Below, piece by piece: positions 8,846 through 18,707 of a DNA stretch of 46,107 bases (its first letter is position 1; each line of letters opens with the position of its first letter). The stretch comes from an uncultured Fibrobacteraceae bacterium. GTDB lineage: Bacteria; Krumholzibacteriota; Krumholzibacteriia; LZORAL124-64-63. Where the stretch lies: NCBI GenBank assembly GCA_964562635.1, contig CAZLUL010000002.1, forward strand, positions 1 through 46,107, read 5' to 3'. The translations under genes and the position numbers were made by a program. Below the pieces are notes generated by a model, which saw only the letters and a list, made by a program, of their open reading frames with translations, searched no databases and was not told where the DNA came from.

Positions 8846-9430
8846 ATGGCCCGCCCCCGCAGTTTTGACGAGACCGAGGTCCTGGAAGGTGCCGTAGCCA
8901 TGTTCCGTGAACAAGGCTATGAAGGCACCAGTGTGCCCGATTTGACCGCCCGACTGGGGATTTGCCGCCAAAGCCTTTACAAAACCTTTGGCGACAAGCA
9001 TGGCCTCTATCTCAAGGTTCTCGAGAGTTGGGGACAACGCGAGGTGGACGCCAAATTGGCGTTGTTGGCGGCGCCCGGATCGCCGTTGGAAAATGTGCGC
9101 ACGTTGATTCGCGGCATGGCTGCCATGGCCACCAGTTGTCCCAGCGAAGGATGCCTGACTGTCACGGCCATGGTGGAAAATCGCGACGATGCCGAAGCTC
9201 TCGCCATCGTCGAAGGGCAGGTCAACAGCCTGGAGCAGGGATTCCGGATGGCGCTGGAAAATGCCCAGGGCCTGGGCGAGCTGCACCCCGAGGCAAGACC
9301 CGCTCGCCTGGCGCGATCCTTGACCACGGCCGTCTATGGCATTGGCCTGCTGACCCGACTGCCGGGCAGCGGGCCTCGAATCGCCGACGCGGTTTCGGTG
9401 ATCCTCGAGACCCTGGACGCCGCAACCTAG
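8846..9430 (+). CDS. TetR/AcrR family transcriptional regulator
   Basis: SD AAGGAGA. N-terminal HTH AMFREQGYEGTSVPDLTARLGICRQSLYKTFGDKHGLY. Typical length of about 190 aa. Confidence 0.9.
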   Translation: MARPRSFDETEVLEGAVAMFREQGYEGTSVPDLTARLGICRQSLYKTFGDKHGLYLKVLESWGQREVDAKLALLAAPGSPLENVRTLIRGMAAMATSCPSEGCLTVTAMVENRDDAEALAIVEGQVNSLEQGFRMALENAQGLGELHPEARPARLARSLTTAVYGIGLLTRLPGSGPRIADAVSVILETLDAAT

Positions 9431-9442
9431 GTCGCACCGCCC

Positions 9443-11890
9443 CTACTTCACCACCACACTGACCAGCTTGCCCGGCACGTAGATCACCTTGACGATGGTC
9501 TTGTCCGCCACCCAGGTTTGCACCTTCTCGCTGCCGGTCGCCATTTCCTTGATGGCTTCGGCGTCGATGTCAGCCGGCACCTGCAGTTGCTCGCGCACCT
9601 TGCCGTTGACCTGCACCGCGATGGTGATCAGATCCTCGGCCAGATACTTCTCGTCAGCGGCGGGCCACCGCTCGTAAGCCAACGTGCCGGTGTGGCCCAG
9701 CTTGGCCCACAGTTCTTCGGCCATGTGGGGCGCATAGGGGCTCAGCAGCAGAGCAAACGCTTCCAACACCGAACGCGGACGCTCTTCCTGCGAGGTCATC
9801 TCATTGACAAAGACCATCATCTGACTGATGGCCGTATTGAAGCGCAGCTCTTCGGTCATCGTGGTCACCGCATCGATGGTCTTGTGCAGGATGCGCAGGC
9901 TCTCTTCATTGGGAGCTACGTCCTGCACGCTCGGCAGCAACTCGTTGGTCTCGTTGTCACAATACAGGCGCCAGACGCGTTCCAGGAAACGGCGCACGCC
10001 TTCGATGCCCTGGGTATTCCAGGGCTTATCGCGCTCCAGCGGTCCCAGGAACATCAGGTACAGGCGCAAGCTGTCGGTGCCCTGGGCGGCGATCACGTCA
10101 TCGGGATTGACCACATTGCCCCGGCTCTTGCTCATCTTGTCGCCGTTTTCGCCCAGGATCATGCCCTGGTTGCGCAGCTTCTGGAACGGCTCGCTGGTCG
10201 AGACCAGGCCCAGATCGAACAGCACCTTGTGCCAGAAACGGGCGTACAACAAATGCGCCACCGCATGCTCGGTTCCGCCCAGATACAGATCCACCGGCCC
10301 CCAATATTTTTCCAACTCCGGATCCCAGGCCTGTTCGGCATTGTTCGGATCCATGAAGCGCAGGTAGTACCAGCAACTGCCGGCCCACTGGGGCATGGTG
10401 TTCGACTCACGGATCGCCTGCTGACCACTGACCGGATCGGTGATGTTCACCCAGTCGCTGATGGTCGCCAGCGGCCCTTCACCCGTGCCCGACGGTTCGT
10501 AGTGTTCGACCTCAGGCAACAGCAGGGGCAACTCGTCGTCTTCGAGCACGCGTATGGTGCCGTCAGCCAGTTTCAGCAAGGGGAACGGCTCGCCCCAGTA
10601 GCGCTGCCGGCTGAACAGCCAGTCGCGCAATTTGAAATTCACGCGGGCTTCGCCCAGGCCTTTTTCGACCAGCCATTCGGTCATTCGGGCCTTGGCTTCG
10701 GCCACGCCCAATCCGTTCAGGAAATCGCTGTTGATGGCCACGCCGTCTTCGGTAAACGCCTGGCCTTCCCAGCCTTCGGGCGTCTGCACCGTCCGGATGA
10801 TCGGCAGCTCAAACTTTTCGGCGAATTCCCAATCGCGCTCATCCTGGCCCGGCACCGCCATGATCGCGCCAGTGCCATAACCCATCATCACGTAGTCAGC
10901 CAGCCAAATGGGAATGCGCTTCTCGTTGGCCGGATTGATGGCGTACGTGCCCGAAAAAACGCCCGTTTTCTCCTTGGCGATCTGACGGTCACGGTCGCTC
11001 TTGCCGGCGGCTTCCCGCTGATAGGCCGCGACTGCCTCGCGCTGATCCTCGCTGGTGATTTTGTCCACCCACGGATGTTCCGGGCTCAAGACCATGTAAG
11101 TGGCGCCGTACAAAGTGTCCGGCCGGGTCGTGAACACCTTCAGCTTTTCGCTCTGGCCCTCGCCTTGCCCCTCAATGGCAAAAGCCACTTCGGCGCCTTC
11201 GCTGCGGCCAATCCAGTTGCGCTGCAGATCCTTGATGTACTCGGGCCAGTCCAGCCCCTCCAAATCGTCCTGCAGACGCTGGGCGTATTGGGTGATCCGC
11301 AGCATCCACTGCTTCATGGGCTTGCGCACCACCGGGTGGCCACCCACCTCGCTCAGGCCGTCTTTCACTTCTTCATTGGCCAGCACCGTGCCCAGAGCGG
11401 GGCACCAATTGACGGCCATCTCGCCTTCGTAGGCCAGGCCCTTCTTGTACAGCTGGGCAAAAATCCACTGGGTCCAGTGGTAGTAGTCGGGGCTGCTGGT
11501 GGTCACTTCGCGGTCCCAGTCAAAACTGAAGCCCAGCAGTTTCAGCTGCCTTTTGAAATTGGCAATGTTCTCGGTCGTGGTCGCCGCCGGGTGGGTCCCC
11601 GTCTTGACGGCATGGTTTTCGGCGGGCAAGCCAAAACTGTCCCACCCCATGGGGTGCAAGACGTTGTGTCCGGTCATGCGTTTGTACCGCGAGACGATAT
11701 CCGTGGCCGTGTAACCCTCGGGATGCCCCACATGCAAGCCAGCGCCCGACGGATAGGGGAACATGTCCAGCACGTAGTACTTGGGCCTGCCTTCGGCCTC
11801 GGGGCTGCCTGGCTCAAAGGCCTTGAAGGTCTTGTTCTGGTCCCAGTACTGCTGCCACTTGGGCTCGATCTGTGAAGGATCGTAGACCAT
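9443..11890 (-). CDS. leuS: Leucine--tRNA ligase
   Basis: HIGH motif (HVGHPEGY), KMSKS, and N-terminus [22 protein letters not shown]. The start is trimmed to the ATG at 11890; the track start at 11986 adds 32 non-homologous residues. Confidence 0.97.
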   Translation of the reverse strand: MVYDPSQIEPKWQQYWDQNKTFKAFEPGSPEAEGRPKYYVLDMFPYPSGAGLHVGHPEGYTATDIVSRYKRMTGHNVLHPMGWDSFGLPAENHAVKTGTHPAATTTENIANFKRQLKLLGFSFDWDREVTTSSPDYYHWTQWIFAQLYKKGLAYEGEMAVNWCPALGTVLANEEVKDGLSEVGGHPVVRKPMKQWMLRITQYAQRLQDDLEGLDWPEYIKDLQRNWIGRSEGAEVAFAIEGQGEGQSEKLKVFTTRPDTLYGATYMVLSPEHPWVDKITSEDQREAVAAYQREAAGKSDRDRQIAKEKTGVFSGTYAINPANEKRIPIWLADYVMMGYGTGAIMAVPGQDERDWEFAEKFELPIIRTVQTPEGWEGQAFTEDGVAINSDFLNGLGVAEAKARMTEWLVEKGLGEARVNFKLRDWLFSRQRYWGEPFPLLKLADGTIRVLEDDELPLLLPEVEHYEPSGTGEGPLATISDWVNITDPVSGQQAIRESNTMPQWAGSCWYYLRFMDPNNAEQAWDPELEKYWGPVDLYLGGTEHAVAHLLYARFWHKVLFDLGLVSTSEPFQKLRNQGMILGENGDKMSKSRGNVVNPDDVIAAQGTDSLRLYLMFLGPLERDKPWNTQGIEGVRRFLERVWRLYCDNETNELLPSVQDVAPNEESLRILHKTIDAVTTMTEELRFNTAISQMMVFVNEMTSQEERPRSVLEAFALLLSPYAPHMAEELWAKLGHTGTLAYERWPAADEKYLAEDLITIAVQVNGKVREQLQVPADIDAEAIKEMATGSEKVQTWVADKTIVKVIYVPGKLVSVVVK

Positions 11891-11958
11891 TTCGGATCGC
11901 CTCTCGGTCGGGTCGGAGTCGGGTCGATTGTCGGGTCGGATATCCAGTGAAGGGGGGA

Positions 11959-11986
11959 ATATGGGGCATTTTTGTCCGTTTGACAA
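11959..11986 (-). promoter_or_regulatory. Candidate sigma-70 promoter of leuS
   Basis: The minus strand reads TTGTCA-N17-CATATT, about 70 nt upstream of the leuS ATG. Confidence 0.35.
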
Positions 11987-12022
11987 CCTATTGAGGGCCG
12001 GTCCGAATCTGCCGGGTCGGCC

Positions 12023-14368
12023 CTATTTCCACTTCTTCAACAAATCCCCCAGCTTGTCCTTGGCTTCGTCCTCCAACTTGCGCCCCTGTTCGCTGGCCGC
12101 CCGTTTCTGCAAATCATTCGTCACCGCGCTGAGGTCCAGTTTCACCTTGGGGTCGGTCCGGGTACCGCCCACGGACAAGGGCAACTCCAGCCGTTCCGGT
12201 CGTTGGCTACCCAACAATTTGGCCAACTCGGCCATCACGCCATTGCTGAACAGCTCGTCAGTCTGGGCTTTTGTCAGCAGGATGGTGCCGTTGTAGCTCA
12301 GGTCGCCGTTGAATCCGTAGTACCCATCAAAAGTCACATCGCCGAACTGCCCCAGGCGAGTCGTCATCGCGTCCAGGCCCACGCGCCCATTTTCCACGCT
12401 GATGTGGGTGACCAGATCCTTCAGGGTCTGCTCGTGGTTCAGCGTCTGGCCCGCCTGTTGGGCCAGGGCATTGAGCGAATTGTACGTGCCACCGGAGGTC
12501 ACAACCTTGCCCTGCTTGATGTCGGCATCCGAGTTGAGCGTCAAGCTGTTGCGGATCGCGTCGGGGTCCAGGCCCCGCGCGGCAAACGTACCGTCCATGT
12601 TGCAGCCGCCAAAAACCACTCCTGCCAGCCCGGCAAAGCGGGTCACAAAGTTGTCCACTTCGATCTCACGTGCCTGATAACTGCCGCTGTAGACCGGGTC
12701 GTTCAGGTCGTTCAAATCGATTTCCACCTGGCCGGCGACCTGACCCTGATAAACCGCCCCCTGCACATCGTGCACCGTCACCACGCGGTCCTGCAGAGCC
12801 AACTGGCCGGTCACGTTGGTCAGGGGCACCTGCATGTAGATGAGAGAATCCGCGGCAAAGGTTCCTTCGCTGGTCAGGTCCGGAAATTCCAGGTCCAGCG
12901 GTACTCTCGGCGTCGGCTGGGCACCAGAACCTGCGGTGGATTCGACTCCGGGCACCGAAGCTGTGGGGCTGGCTGCGGGCAGCAACCGGTCCACATCCAG
13001 GCGCGGCGAACGCAGGTCAAACGTCAGGTGCGGCGTCTTCATCTCGGCGCCAGCCTGCATCTCGGGCGGCAGGAAATAAGGGAACGGATCACGCAGCTTG
13101 CCCGTCAGGTCAAAGGTGCCCGAAGCGAACCGGGCCCGGCAGCTTTCGACCGTCAACTCATCCGGCGTGAAAGCCAGCACGGCATCCATGTTTTCCAACT
13201 CGTCGACGAGGCCCGATTCGGTGAACGAAACTTCGCGCGCGGTGACCGTGCCGCTGTACGAGATCTGCGCCGGGTCGCCGGTCTGGTCACTGAAGAACAT
13301 TTCCAGGTCGGCCCTGCCCGCCAGTTGGCCTTCCTGGCCCGGGGGCATGAAGGGCTGGGCCAGGGCCAGGTCGGCGCCTTTGACCACTGCGGAGCCGCTG
13401 GTGCGCACGGGCACCTCGGTCTCGCCGGTCAGGACCACCTCGATCTGCGTCGCAATCGTGCCGCTGGTTTTGTCACCCCGGATTTTCGAAGCCACTTCCG
13501 CCGGAAAGAACTGCACCAGATCGACCAAGGCCAGATCATCCGCTACGAGGTTCAATTTTCCGGTGGGAGCCGTCTCGCCCACGGTCACCTGCCCGGTGCA
13601 GGCCAGGGGCAGGTCGTTGACCTCGGCGGCCGCGCGGTTGATGTCCAAGCGCGAAGCGGCCTGATCCCAGACCACCTCAAAATCGACGCCGACGTTCAGT
13701 TCCGGCACCTCGGCGGGTCCCGTCACGGTGATTCGTTCAGCAGCCAGACGCCCTTCGGCCTGAAAGCGGCCCGGGGCGGGATCAGCCAGACTCATGCCCA
13801 GCGTCACACCGGTCATCTGCAATTTCTGCAGACTGGCCTCGGTGGAGCCATCACTGAAGGTGAGTTGGCCGTTCTTGAGGGTCAGGCTCGCAATGGAAAG
13901 CGGCGGCGGCGAGTTGGCCGGGGCAGCCGGCTCGGCCGTTGCCGAGGGCGCTGCGACCGCAGGGTCAGCCACGGCTTCGAACGTGAAATTGTCACTGCCG
14001 TCGGCCCGGCGCATCAGGTTCACCACCGGCGTATCGACGACCAGGCGATGCACCCGGATTTCGCCCTTCAACAGGGGCCCAATCTCCAGTTTCAGATCCA
14101 GAGCCTGGCTGCTGACAAGATGGTCACCGCCAAATCCATCCGGATTGTGGATGGCAAAATCGGACAGACGCACGCCCAAGCCACCCTGCAGCGAAACCGC
14201 CACTTCGCCAACACTGACTTCGCGGCCCAATTTTTCGCGGGCCTGTTCCAGGGCCAAATCACGAATTTTGTCGATCGGGAGAAAGATCATCACGGCCGCG
14301 ACAGCCAATACCACGACCGCCAGCAGACCCCCCATTACCCGAACTGATTTCCTGCGTGCCCATGCCAT
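12023..14368 (-). CDS. AsmA-family outer-membrane biogenesis / lipid-transfer protein
   Basis: N-terminal membrane anchor followed by the AsmA-type opening LPIDKIRDLALEQAREKLGREVSVGEVAVSLQGGLGVRLSDFAI, then a long repetitive beta-rich body. The start is ambiguous among 14395, 14374 and 14368; GGAGG lies 9 nt before 14368. Confidence 0.8.
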   Translation of the reverse strand: MAWARRKSVRVMGGLLAVVVLAVAAVMIFLPIDKIRDLALEQAREKLGREVSVGEVAVSLQGGLGVRLSDFAIHNPDGFGGDHLVSSQALDLKLEIGPLLKGEIRVHRLVVDTPVVNLMRRADGSDNFTFEAVADPAVAAPSATAEPAAPANSPPPLSIASLTLKNGQLTFSDGSTEASLQKLQMTGVTLGMSLADPAPGRFQAEGRLAAERITVTGPAEVPELNVGVDFEVVWDQAASRLDINRAAAEVNDLPLACTGQVTVGETAPTGKLNLVADDLALVDLVQFFPAEVASKIRGDKTSGTIATQIEVVLTGETEVPVRTSGSAVVKGADLALAQPFMPPGQEGQLAGRADLEMFFSDQTGDPAQISYSGTVTAREVSFTESGLVDELENMDAVLAFTPDELTVESCRARFASGTFDLTGKLRDPFPYFLPPEMQAGAEMKTPHLTFDLRSPRLDVDRLLPAASPTASVPGVESTAGSGAQPTPRVPLDLEFPDLTSEGTFAADSLIYMQVPLTNVTGQLALQDRVVTVHDVQGAVYQGQVAGQVEIDLNDLNDPVYSGSYQAREIEVDNFVTRFAGLAGVVFGGCNMDGTFAARGLDPDAIRNSLTLNSDADIKQGKVVTSGGTYNSLNALAQQAGQTLNHEQTLKDLVTHISVENGRVGLDAMTTRLGQFGDVTFDGYYGFNGDLSYNGTILLTKAQTDELFSNGVMAELAKLLGSQRPERLELPLSVGGTRTDPKVKLDLSAVTNDLQKRAASEQGRKLEDEAKDKLGDLLKKWK

Positions 14369-14464
14369 CGCCATTTGCCTCCGAGTCAGAACCATTTCAT
14401 CGCTTGGCCGAGTTTCTCGTCACAGCGCTCCCCGACCATAACAGGAGAGCCAACTCCCGCCAGC

Positions 14465-14495
14465 AAAAAACCTCCCCACCAAAAAGGTGAGGAGG
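14465..14495 (-). terminator. Rho-independent terminator after the ferritin-like gene
   Basis: The minus-strand RNA folds as CCUCCUCACC-UUUUU-GGUGGGGAGG, 10 bp in which the single imperfection is a G.U only on this strand, followed by UUUUUU. Confidence 0.65.
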
Positions 14496-14521
14496 CCAAA
14501 ATCGCGAGCCGGCAGACTCTT

Positions 14522-15037
14522 CTACATCGGCGAAAAACCCTGATCCGCCCAGTAGGCGTCCTGGTAGATCTTCTCCAGCTCCAACAGTTGCTCGAGGTGG
14601 CCATCTTCCCATTCGCGCAGCCAGGTGAACAATTGTTTCAGGTCCGCGTCTTCGGTTTTCTCCGCGTGTTCCTTGTAATAGGCAATGGCCTTGTTTTCCA
14701 GGTCGCAGCCGATGCTGATGACGGCCATTTCAAATTTGCCCCGTTTGACGGACTTCTTGAAAGAATCCGTCACCACGGTGCCGGCGCCGTGGTCCACCTC
14801 GGCGGGATGCACGTCGGCCAGGTTCAGCTTGCCATCTTTCATCAGGCTCTTGTACTGGGTCATCAGGATGTTCACATGGTCATCCTCGTCCCGGGCGAGC
14901 ATCTCGAACATGGCGCGGGCCGCGGGATCTTCGGCCTCGGTGGCCGCATGGCTGTACAATTGCTGGCCCTTGACCTCAACCATCACCGCATCCTTGATGG
15001 CCTTGATCATCTGCTCTTTTTTCTGGTCGGTGTTCAT
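14522..15037 (-). CDS. Ferritin-like di-iron protein, rubrerythrin/erythrin family without a rubredoxin domain
   Basis: SD GGAGG. Two E...ExxH ligand sets (EVKG...EDDH and ENKA...EDGH) in a roughly 170-aa four-helix-bundle-sized protein. Confidence 0.8.
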   Translation of the reverse strand: MNTDQKKEQMIKAIKDAVMVEVKGQQLYSHAATEAEDPAARAMFEMLARDEDDHVNILMTQYKSLMKDGKLNLADVHPAEVDHGAGTVVTDSFKKSVKRGKFEMAVISIGCDLENKAIAYYKEHAEKTEDADLKQLFTWLREWEDGHLEQLLELEKIYQDAYWADQGFSPM

Positions 15038-15136
15038 CGGATTCCTCCTGTGAGAATCTCGGGACAGTTGCTATAATGCCAAAATTAACCCGTGACGGGC
15101 AAACAACAAGGACCAAGTCCGGCCCTAAACAGGACT

Positions 15137-16030
15137 CTAAAAGTCCAGTACGTTCAGCTTGAAGTACCGTTTGGGATTGCGGCGCATCGCGTCGAACAAT
15201 CGCTTCATTGAAGTCATGGTCGAATCGGCCGTTACGTACAGGCTGGGGTCGTTCAGCAGCATGGCCGCCGTGCCGTCCCCCTCTTCCAGTTGGATCAGGA
15301 TCCGGTTCAGGCGTCGGGTCGATTCGGTCAGCGAAACCATCATGCTGTCGGCCGTGATCACCGCTGAGGCGGCATGGTCGAACGTCTGGCCGATCTTGTC
15401 CGACTCCATGAGGGACCGGATCCGCTCACTGGTCACCCGCAGATCCCCCAAAATGGTGGCGACATCACCATGGTTGTCCCTGACCATCTGATCGACCAGC
15501 ACCAGGGTCTCGTTGGCCTGCTGCAGGGTCTCGGTGACCATGCCGTCATCCCTCACCTCGTCCACCAATTCGGTGACCTTGGCCGTCAGGACCCGCATCT
15601 CGGCCAGGGCATCGCCCGCCGCGTCGGTCATGGCAGAGATAGTGCCGGCGGTGCGGCCCTGGAAAAGGTGGCCTTCCAGCACCGGCGCACCCACTCCGGG
15701 GTCAACCTCGATCAGGACCTCGCCCACGATGCCTTTTTCGCCCAGGATGAATTCCGCGTCCTCACGCAGGTCCACGCCTTCTTCCAAGATCAGTTCGACC
15801 CGGACGGATTCCTGCATGATCTGCAAGCCTGTCACCTGGCCCATGCGGATGCCACGCACCTGCACCCGACCTCCCTCGAGCATGCCTTCGACGCGGTCAA
15901 AATCAACCAGGTAGAGACGCGATCCCTCGCTCAGATCGATATTCTTCAGCCACATCATGCCCACCACGAGAATGACCAAGGCCAGGACGGTGAGCAAGCC
16001 CACCTGGAATTCGCTGATTTTGCGTTGCAT
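15137..16030 (-). CDS. mlaD: MlaD/MCE-domain protein
   Basis: N-terminal anchor FQVGLLTVLALVILVVGMMWL followed by an MCE domain (VRGIRMGQVTGL). It is the last gene of the mlaE-mlaF-mlaD string. Confidence 0.85.
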   Translation of the reverse strand: MQRKISEFQVGLLTVLALVILVVGMMWLKNIDLSEGSRLYLVDFDRVEGMLEGGRVQVRGIRMGQVTGLQIMQESVRVELILEEGVDLREDAEFILGEKGIVGEVLIEVDPGVGAPVLEGHLFQGRTAGTISAMTDAAGDALAEMRVLTAKVTELVDEVRDDGMVTETLQQANETLVLVDQMVRDNHGDVATILGDLRVTSERIRSLMESDKIGQTFDHAASAVITADSMMVSLTESTRRLNRILIQLEEGDGTAAMLLNDPSLYVTADSTMTSMKRLFDAMRRNPKRYFKLNVLDF

Positions 16031-16095
16031 TCATCTCTCCGGGATCATGGTTCCACTGCACCGAGGGTCTCGCACTTGCCGCTGGGCTCTGGTCG

Positions 16096-16908
16096 CTAGA
16101 ACGCGCCCAGCGGCCCCCGGGAATTGCCCTCGATGAACTGGCGCACCATCGGGTGATCGGTCTGGCGGACTTCTTCCACCGTTCCGGAAAATACGATCTT
16201 ACCGCGGCTCAACATCGCCATGCGGTCGGCGATCTTGAAGGCGCTGGGCATATCGTGGGTGACCACGACGCTTGTGACGCCGAGCTCCTTCTGCAGTTTG
16301 ATGATCAGGTCATTGATGGCGTCGCCGGTGATCGGGTCCAGACCCGTTGTCGGCTCGTCATAGAGAATAAATTCGGGCTCCATGACGATTGCCCGGGCCA
16401 GGCCCGCCCGTTTCTTCATGCCGCCCGAAAGCTCACTGGGCAGTTTTTCAGCCGCACCATCGAGCCCCACCTGCGCCAGGCACTCAAAGGCCCGCTCAAC
16501 AATGCGTTCTTCGGACCAGTTCGTATGCTCGGCCAGCATCAGTCCCACATTCTTACAGACATTCATCGAATCGAACAGCGCCGCGCCCTGAAACAGGAAG
16601 CCGAATTTCTTGCGCAGCTCCATCAGGCTTCGCTTTCTCAGCTGGGATATCTCCTGACCTTCGACCCAGATCTGACCGCAATCGGGCTCCAGAAGGCGCA
16701 CGATGTGCTTGAGCAGGACAGATTTGCCTTCGCCGCTGCGCCCGATGATCACTAGGGTCTCGCCCTTGTGGATCAGGAGGTCGGTTTCATCGAGCACCTG
16801 TTTGGCGCCAAAGCTCTTGGAGACGCCTTCGACGATGATGCCTTCGAACGCCGTGGGGTCAGCGACCTTTTGATTGGGCGCAGGAGGAATGTTGTACGGA
16901 GTTTCCAT
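16096..16908 (-). CDS. mlaF: ABC transporter ATP-binding protein, MlaF-like
   Basis: Walker A GRSGEGKS, signature LSGGMKKRAGLARA and Walker B ILYDEPTTGLD. The start is trimmed to the ATG at 16908, with GGAGGG upstream and 5 nt after the mlaE stop. Confidence 0.9.
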   Translation of the reverse strand: METPYNIPPAPNQKVADPTAFEGIIVEGVSKSFGAKQVLDETDLLIHKGETLVIIGRSGEGKSVLLKHIVRLLEPDCGQIWVEGQEISQLRKRSLMELRKKFGFLFQGAALFDSMNVCKNVGLMLAEHTNWSEERIVERAFECLAQVGLDGAAEKLPSELSGGMKKRAGLARAIVMEPEFILYDEPTTGLDPITGDAINDLIIKLQKELGVTSVVVTHDMPSAFKIADRMAMLSRGKIVFSGTVEEVRQTDHPMVRQFIEGNSRGPLGAF

Positions 16909-16915
16909 GTCCCTC

Positions 16916-17704
16916 CTACTTCTCGAAGATGATCTGGAACAGAATGATGGCCAACAGGTAATCGGCAACCAGCACGCTGAGACAACTGCCAACCACTGCG
17001 GTCATGGTCGCCCGCCCCACGCCCTCGGCGCCGCCCTGGGTATTGATGCCGAAATAAATGCCGCTCAGGGCGATAATGCCCCCAAAAATGACGCTCTTGA
17101 TCAGGCCACCGAGCAGGTCGCTGTGCTTGTAGAACATCTGCAGGCCCTCGATGAAGGTGCCGCTGGAAATGTCCATCGTGACCACCGAGGCGAGAAAACC
17201 GCCGATAATGGCGATCACATCACAAAAAATGGTCACCACCGGGATCATCAGCACTGCGGCCCAGAAGCGCGGCATGGCCAGGTAACTGACCGGGTCGATC
17301 GCCATGATACTCATGGCGTCGAGCTGTTCGGTCACTTTCATGGTGCCCAATTCGGCGGCATAAAAGGCGCACAAACGGCTGCCCACCACCAGCGCCATCA
17401 GCACCGGACCCAATTCGATAAAAACAGACTTGGAGATGACCGTGCCCAGGAATTTCATCGGCACGTAGGCCTGCATCTGGTAAACGGCCTGCACCGCAGT
17501 CACCGCACCAACAAAAATAGAAGTCACGATGACCAGTGGCATTGAGCCCACCAGCACCACGTGCATCTGTTCGAGAATCTCGGCCCGCATTTTCCAGGCC
17601 TGACCGGTGGCCAGGAAGATCGAACGCAACAGCAGGACGCCTCGACCAGCACTGCTGAAGCCGAATTGGACATTCTGACCGAGTCTTTCCACCAAGGTTT
17701 TCAT
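16916..17704 (-). CDS. mlaE: ABC transporter permease, MlaE-like
   Basis: 262 aa with 5-6 TM helices and the typical MlaE opening (...GQAWKMRAEILEQMHVVLVGSMPLV). It sits immediately upstream of mlaF. Confidence 0.9.
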   Translation of the reverse strand: MKTLVERLGQNVQFGFSSAGRGVLLLRSIFLATGQAWKMRAEILEQMHVVLVGSMPLVIVTSIFVGAVTAVQAVYQMQAYVPMKFLGTVISKSVFIELGPVLMALVVGSRLCAFYAAELGTMKVTEQLDAMSIMAIDPVSYLAMPRFWAAVLMIPVVTIFCDVIAIIGGFLASVVTMDISSGTFIEGLQMFYKHSDLLGGLIKSVIFGGIIALSGIYFGINTQGGAEGVGRATMTAVVGSCLSVLVADYLLAIILFQIIFEK

Positions 17705-17753
17705 GATCGGAAAAATATAAGCCCCTTCCGGTCGGAAGTCTATAGCGGCGCCA

Positions 17754-18707
17754 TCAGTTGTCTTTCAGGTAGCCCAGAATTCCCCGCAGGGTTTGGCGGG
17801 AAAAGTCTCTTTCTCGCTCCTGAATATCAGTCGGCAAGAGCGTTCCCCGGGCATAGTGGGAATCCACGTCGCGCAACGCCGCTCGCAGCAAGGCCATCAG
17901 ACCGGCCTCGCCCTCTGGTTGCTCGGTGTGGGGCAGCGCCGCCAGACTGGCCCGAACCTCGGCCACGGTCGCCGTCCATTGCCGCAACTGCTTCCGGGCT
18001 GACTCCAGCAAGCCTCGCGTATCGCCCGCAAATTCTCCGTGATGGGCAAAGAGCAAGCGCCGCGGCAGGGGGTTGAGGGCCAAGACCCGTTCCAGGGACG
18101 CCTCAGCCGTTTCCAGATGGAATCGCGGCGGTGTGGCCGGCCGCAGGTAATACTCTTCGTTTTCCGGCCCCTGACCCAGGGCGGAGAAGGTGCCGGCGCA
18201 CTCGCCCAGAAAAACCCGATCGCCATGCACGAAAGCCAGGTGGTGCGCCGCATGTCCCGGCGTATCGACCACTTTGATCCCCCGCGCCTCGATTTCGGCG
18301 AATTCGGCCAACGATTCCACGGGCACCGGTGCAGGCTCGCCATACACCGCCGCTTTTTCGCCCAGCACCTGCTGGGATCCGGCCCACAGCCGGGCCGGGT
18401 CCACGATATGCGGACGGCCTTTTACATGGCAGACCACCCGGGCGCCGGGCCAACGCTCCAGGATGCGCGCCGTGCAGCCGCCGTGATCAAGATGCACATG
18501 GGTCAGCAAAATATAGTCGAGATTTTCGACGCCCAGTTTTTCCAGCTCTCCGACCAGGTAGTCTGCGGTGCTCGGCGGCCCGGGGTCGACGATGAAAGTC
18601 AGGTCCGGCGCGATCGATACCCAACAGCTGATAAACCGGCGTTGGCCCGACAACTGCTGATCCAGATCGACCAGGTGCAGCCGGGCGCTAACGGGCGAGG
18701 TCCCCAA
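17754..18707 (-). CDS. MBL-fold metallo-hydrolase
   Basis: THVHLDHGG (HxHxDH), DTPGHAAHH, and a later HH. The TTG start overlaps the dnaB 3' end by 20 nt. Confidence 0.85.
   Translation of the reverse strand: MGTSPVSARLHLVDLDQQLSGQRRFISCWVSIAPDLTFIVDPGPPSTADYLVGELEKLGVENLDYILLTHVHLDHGGCTARILERWPGARVVCHVKGRPHIVDPARLWAGSQQVLGEKAAVYGEPAPVPVESLAEFAEIEARGIKVVDTPGHAAHHLAFVHGDRVFLGECAGTFSALGQGPENEEYYLRPATPPRFHLETAEASLERVLALNPLPRRLLFAHHGEFAGDTRGLLESARKQLRQWTATVAEVRASLAALPHTEQPEGEAGLMALLRAALRDVDSHYARGTLLPTDIQERERDFSRQTLRGILGYLKDN

Noticed and set aside
9518-11875. 785-aa plus-strand ORF covering almost all of leuS on the opposite strand
   Set aside because: It lies antisense to an unambiguous leuS. 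The product is low-complexity (rich in Gly, Arg, His, Gln, Leu and Ala) with no motifs. This is a typical stop-codon-poor shadow frame in GC-rich DNA.
11891-11986. N-terminal extensions offered by the ORF track: leuS to 11986, dnaB to 20316, selB to 37349, yicC to 29668, prmC to 43178, rpmE to 45696, mlaF to 16992, the kinase to 6092, and the methyltransferase from 20229
   Set aside because: In each case an internal ATG or GTG with an SD-like sequence begins exactly where family-typical N-termini start. The extensions overlap upstream genes or intergenic repeats and are compositionally non-protein-like.
12203-14347. 714-aa plus-strand ORF antisense to the AsmA-family gene
   Set aside because: Same shadow-ORF artefact. 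It has no SD, no recognisable domain and an Arg/Gly/His-biased composition.
15064-15082. Perfect TATAAT on the plus strand (GTTGCTATAATGCC) between mlaD and the ferritin-like gene
   Set aside because: It points into the antisense of mlaD with no downstream plus-strand gene. On the minus strand the same bases give a weaker CATTAT -10 for the ferritin-like gene. There is not enough support to call an antisense promoter.
15037-15139. mlaD and the ferritin-like gene share a reading frame 99 nt apart, so I considered read-through or Sec recoding
   Set aside because: The mlaD stop is TAG, not TGA. The ferritin-like gene has its own GGAGG SD and ATG, and the intervening codons show no conservation-like features.
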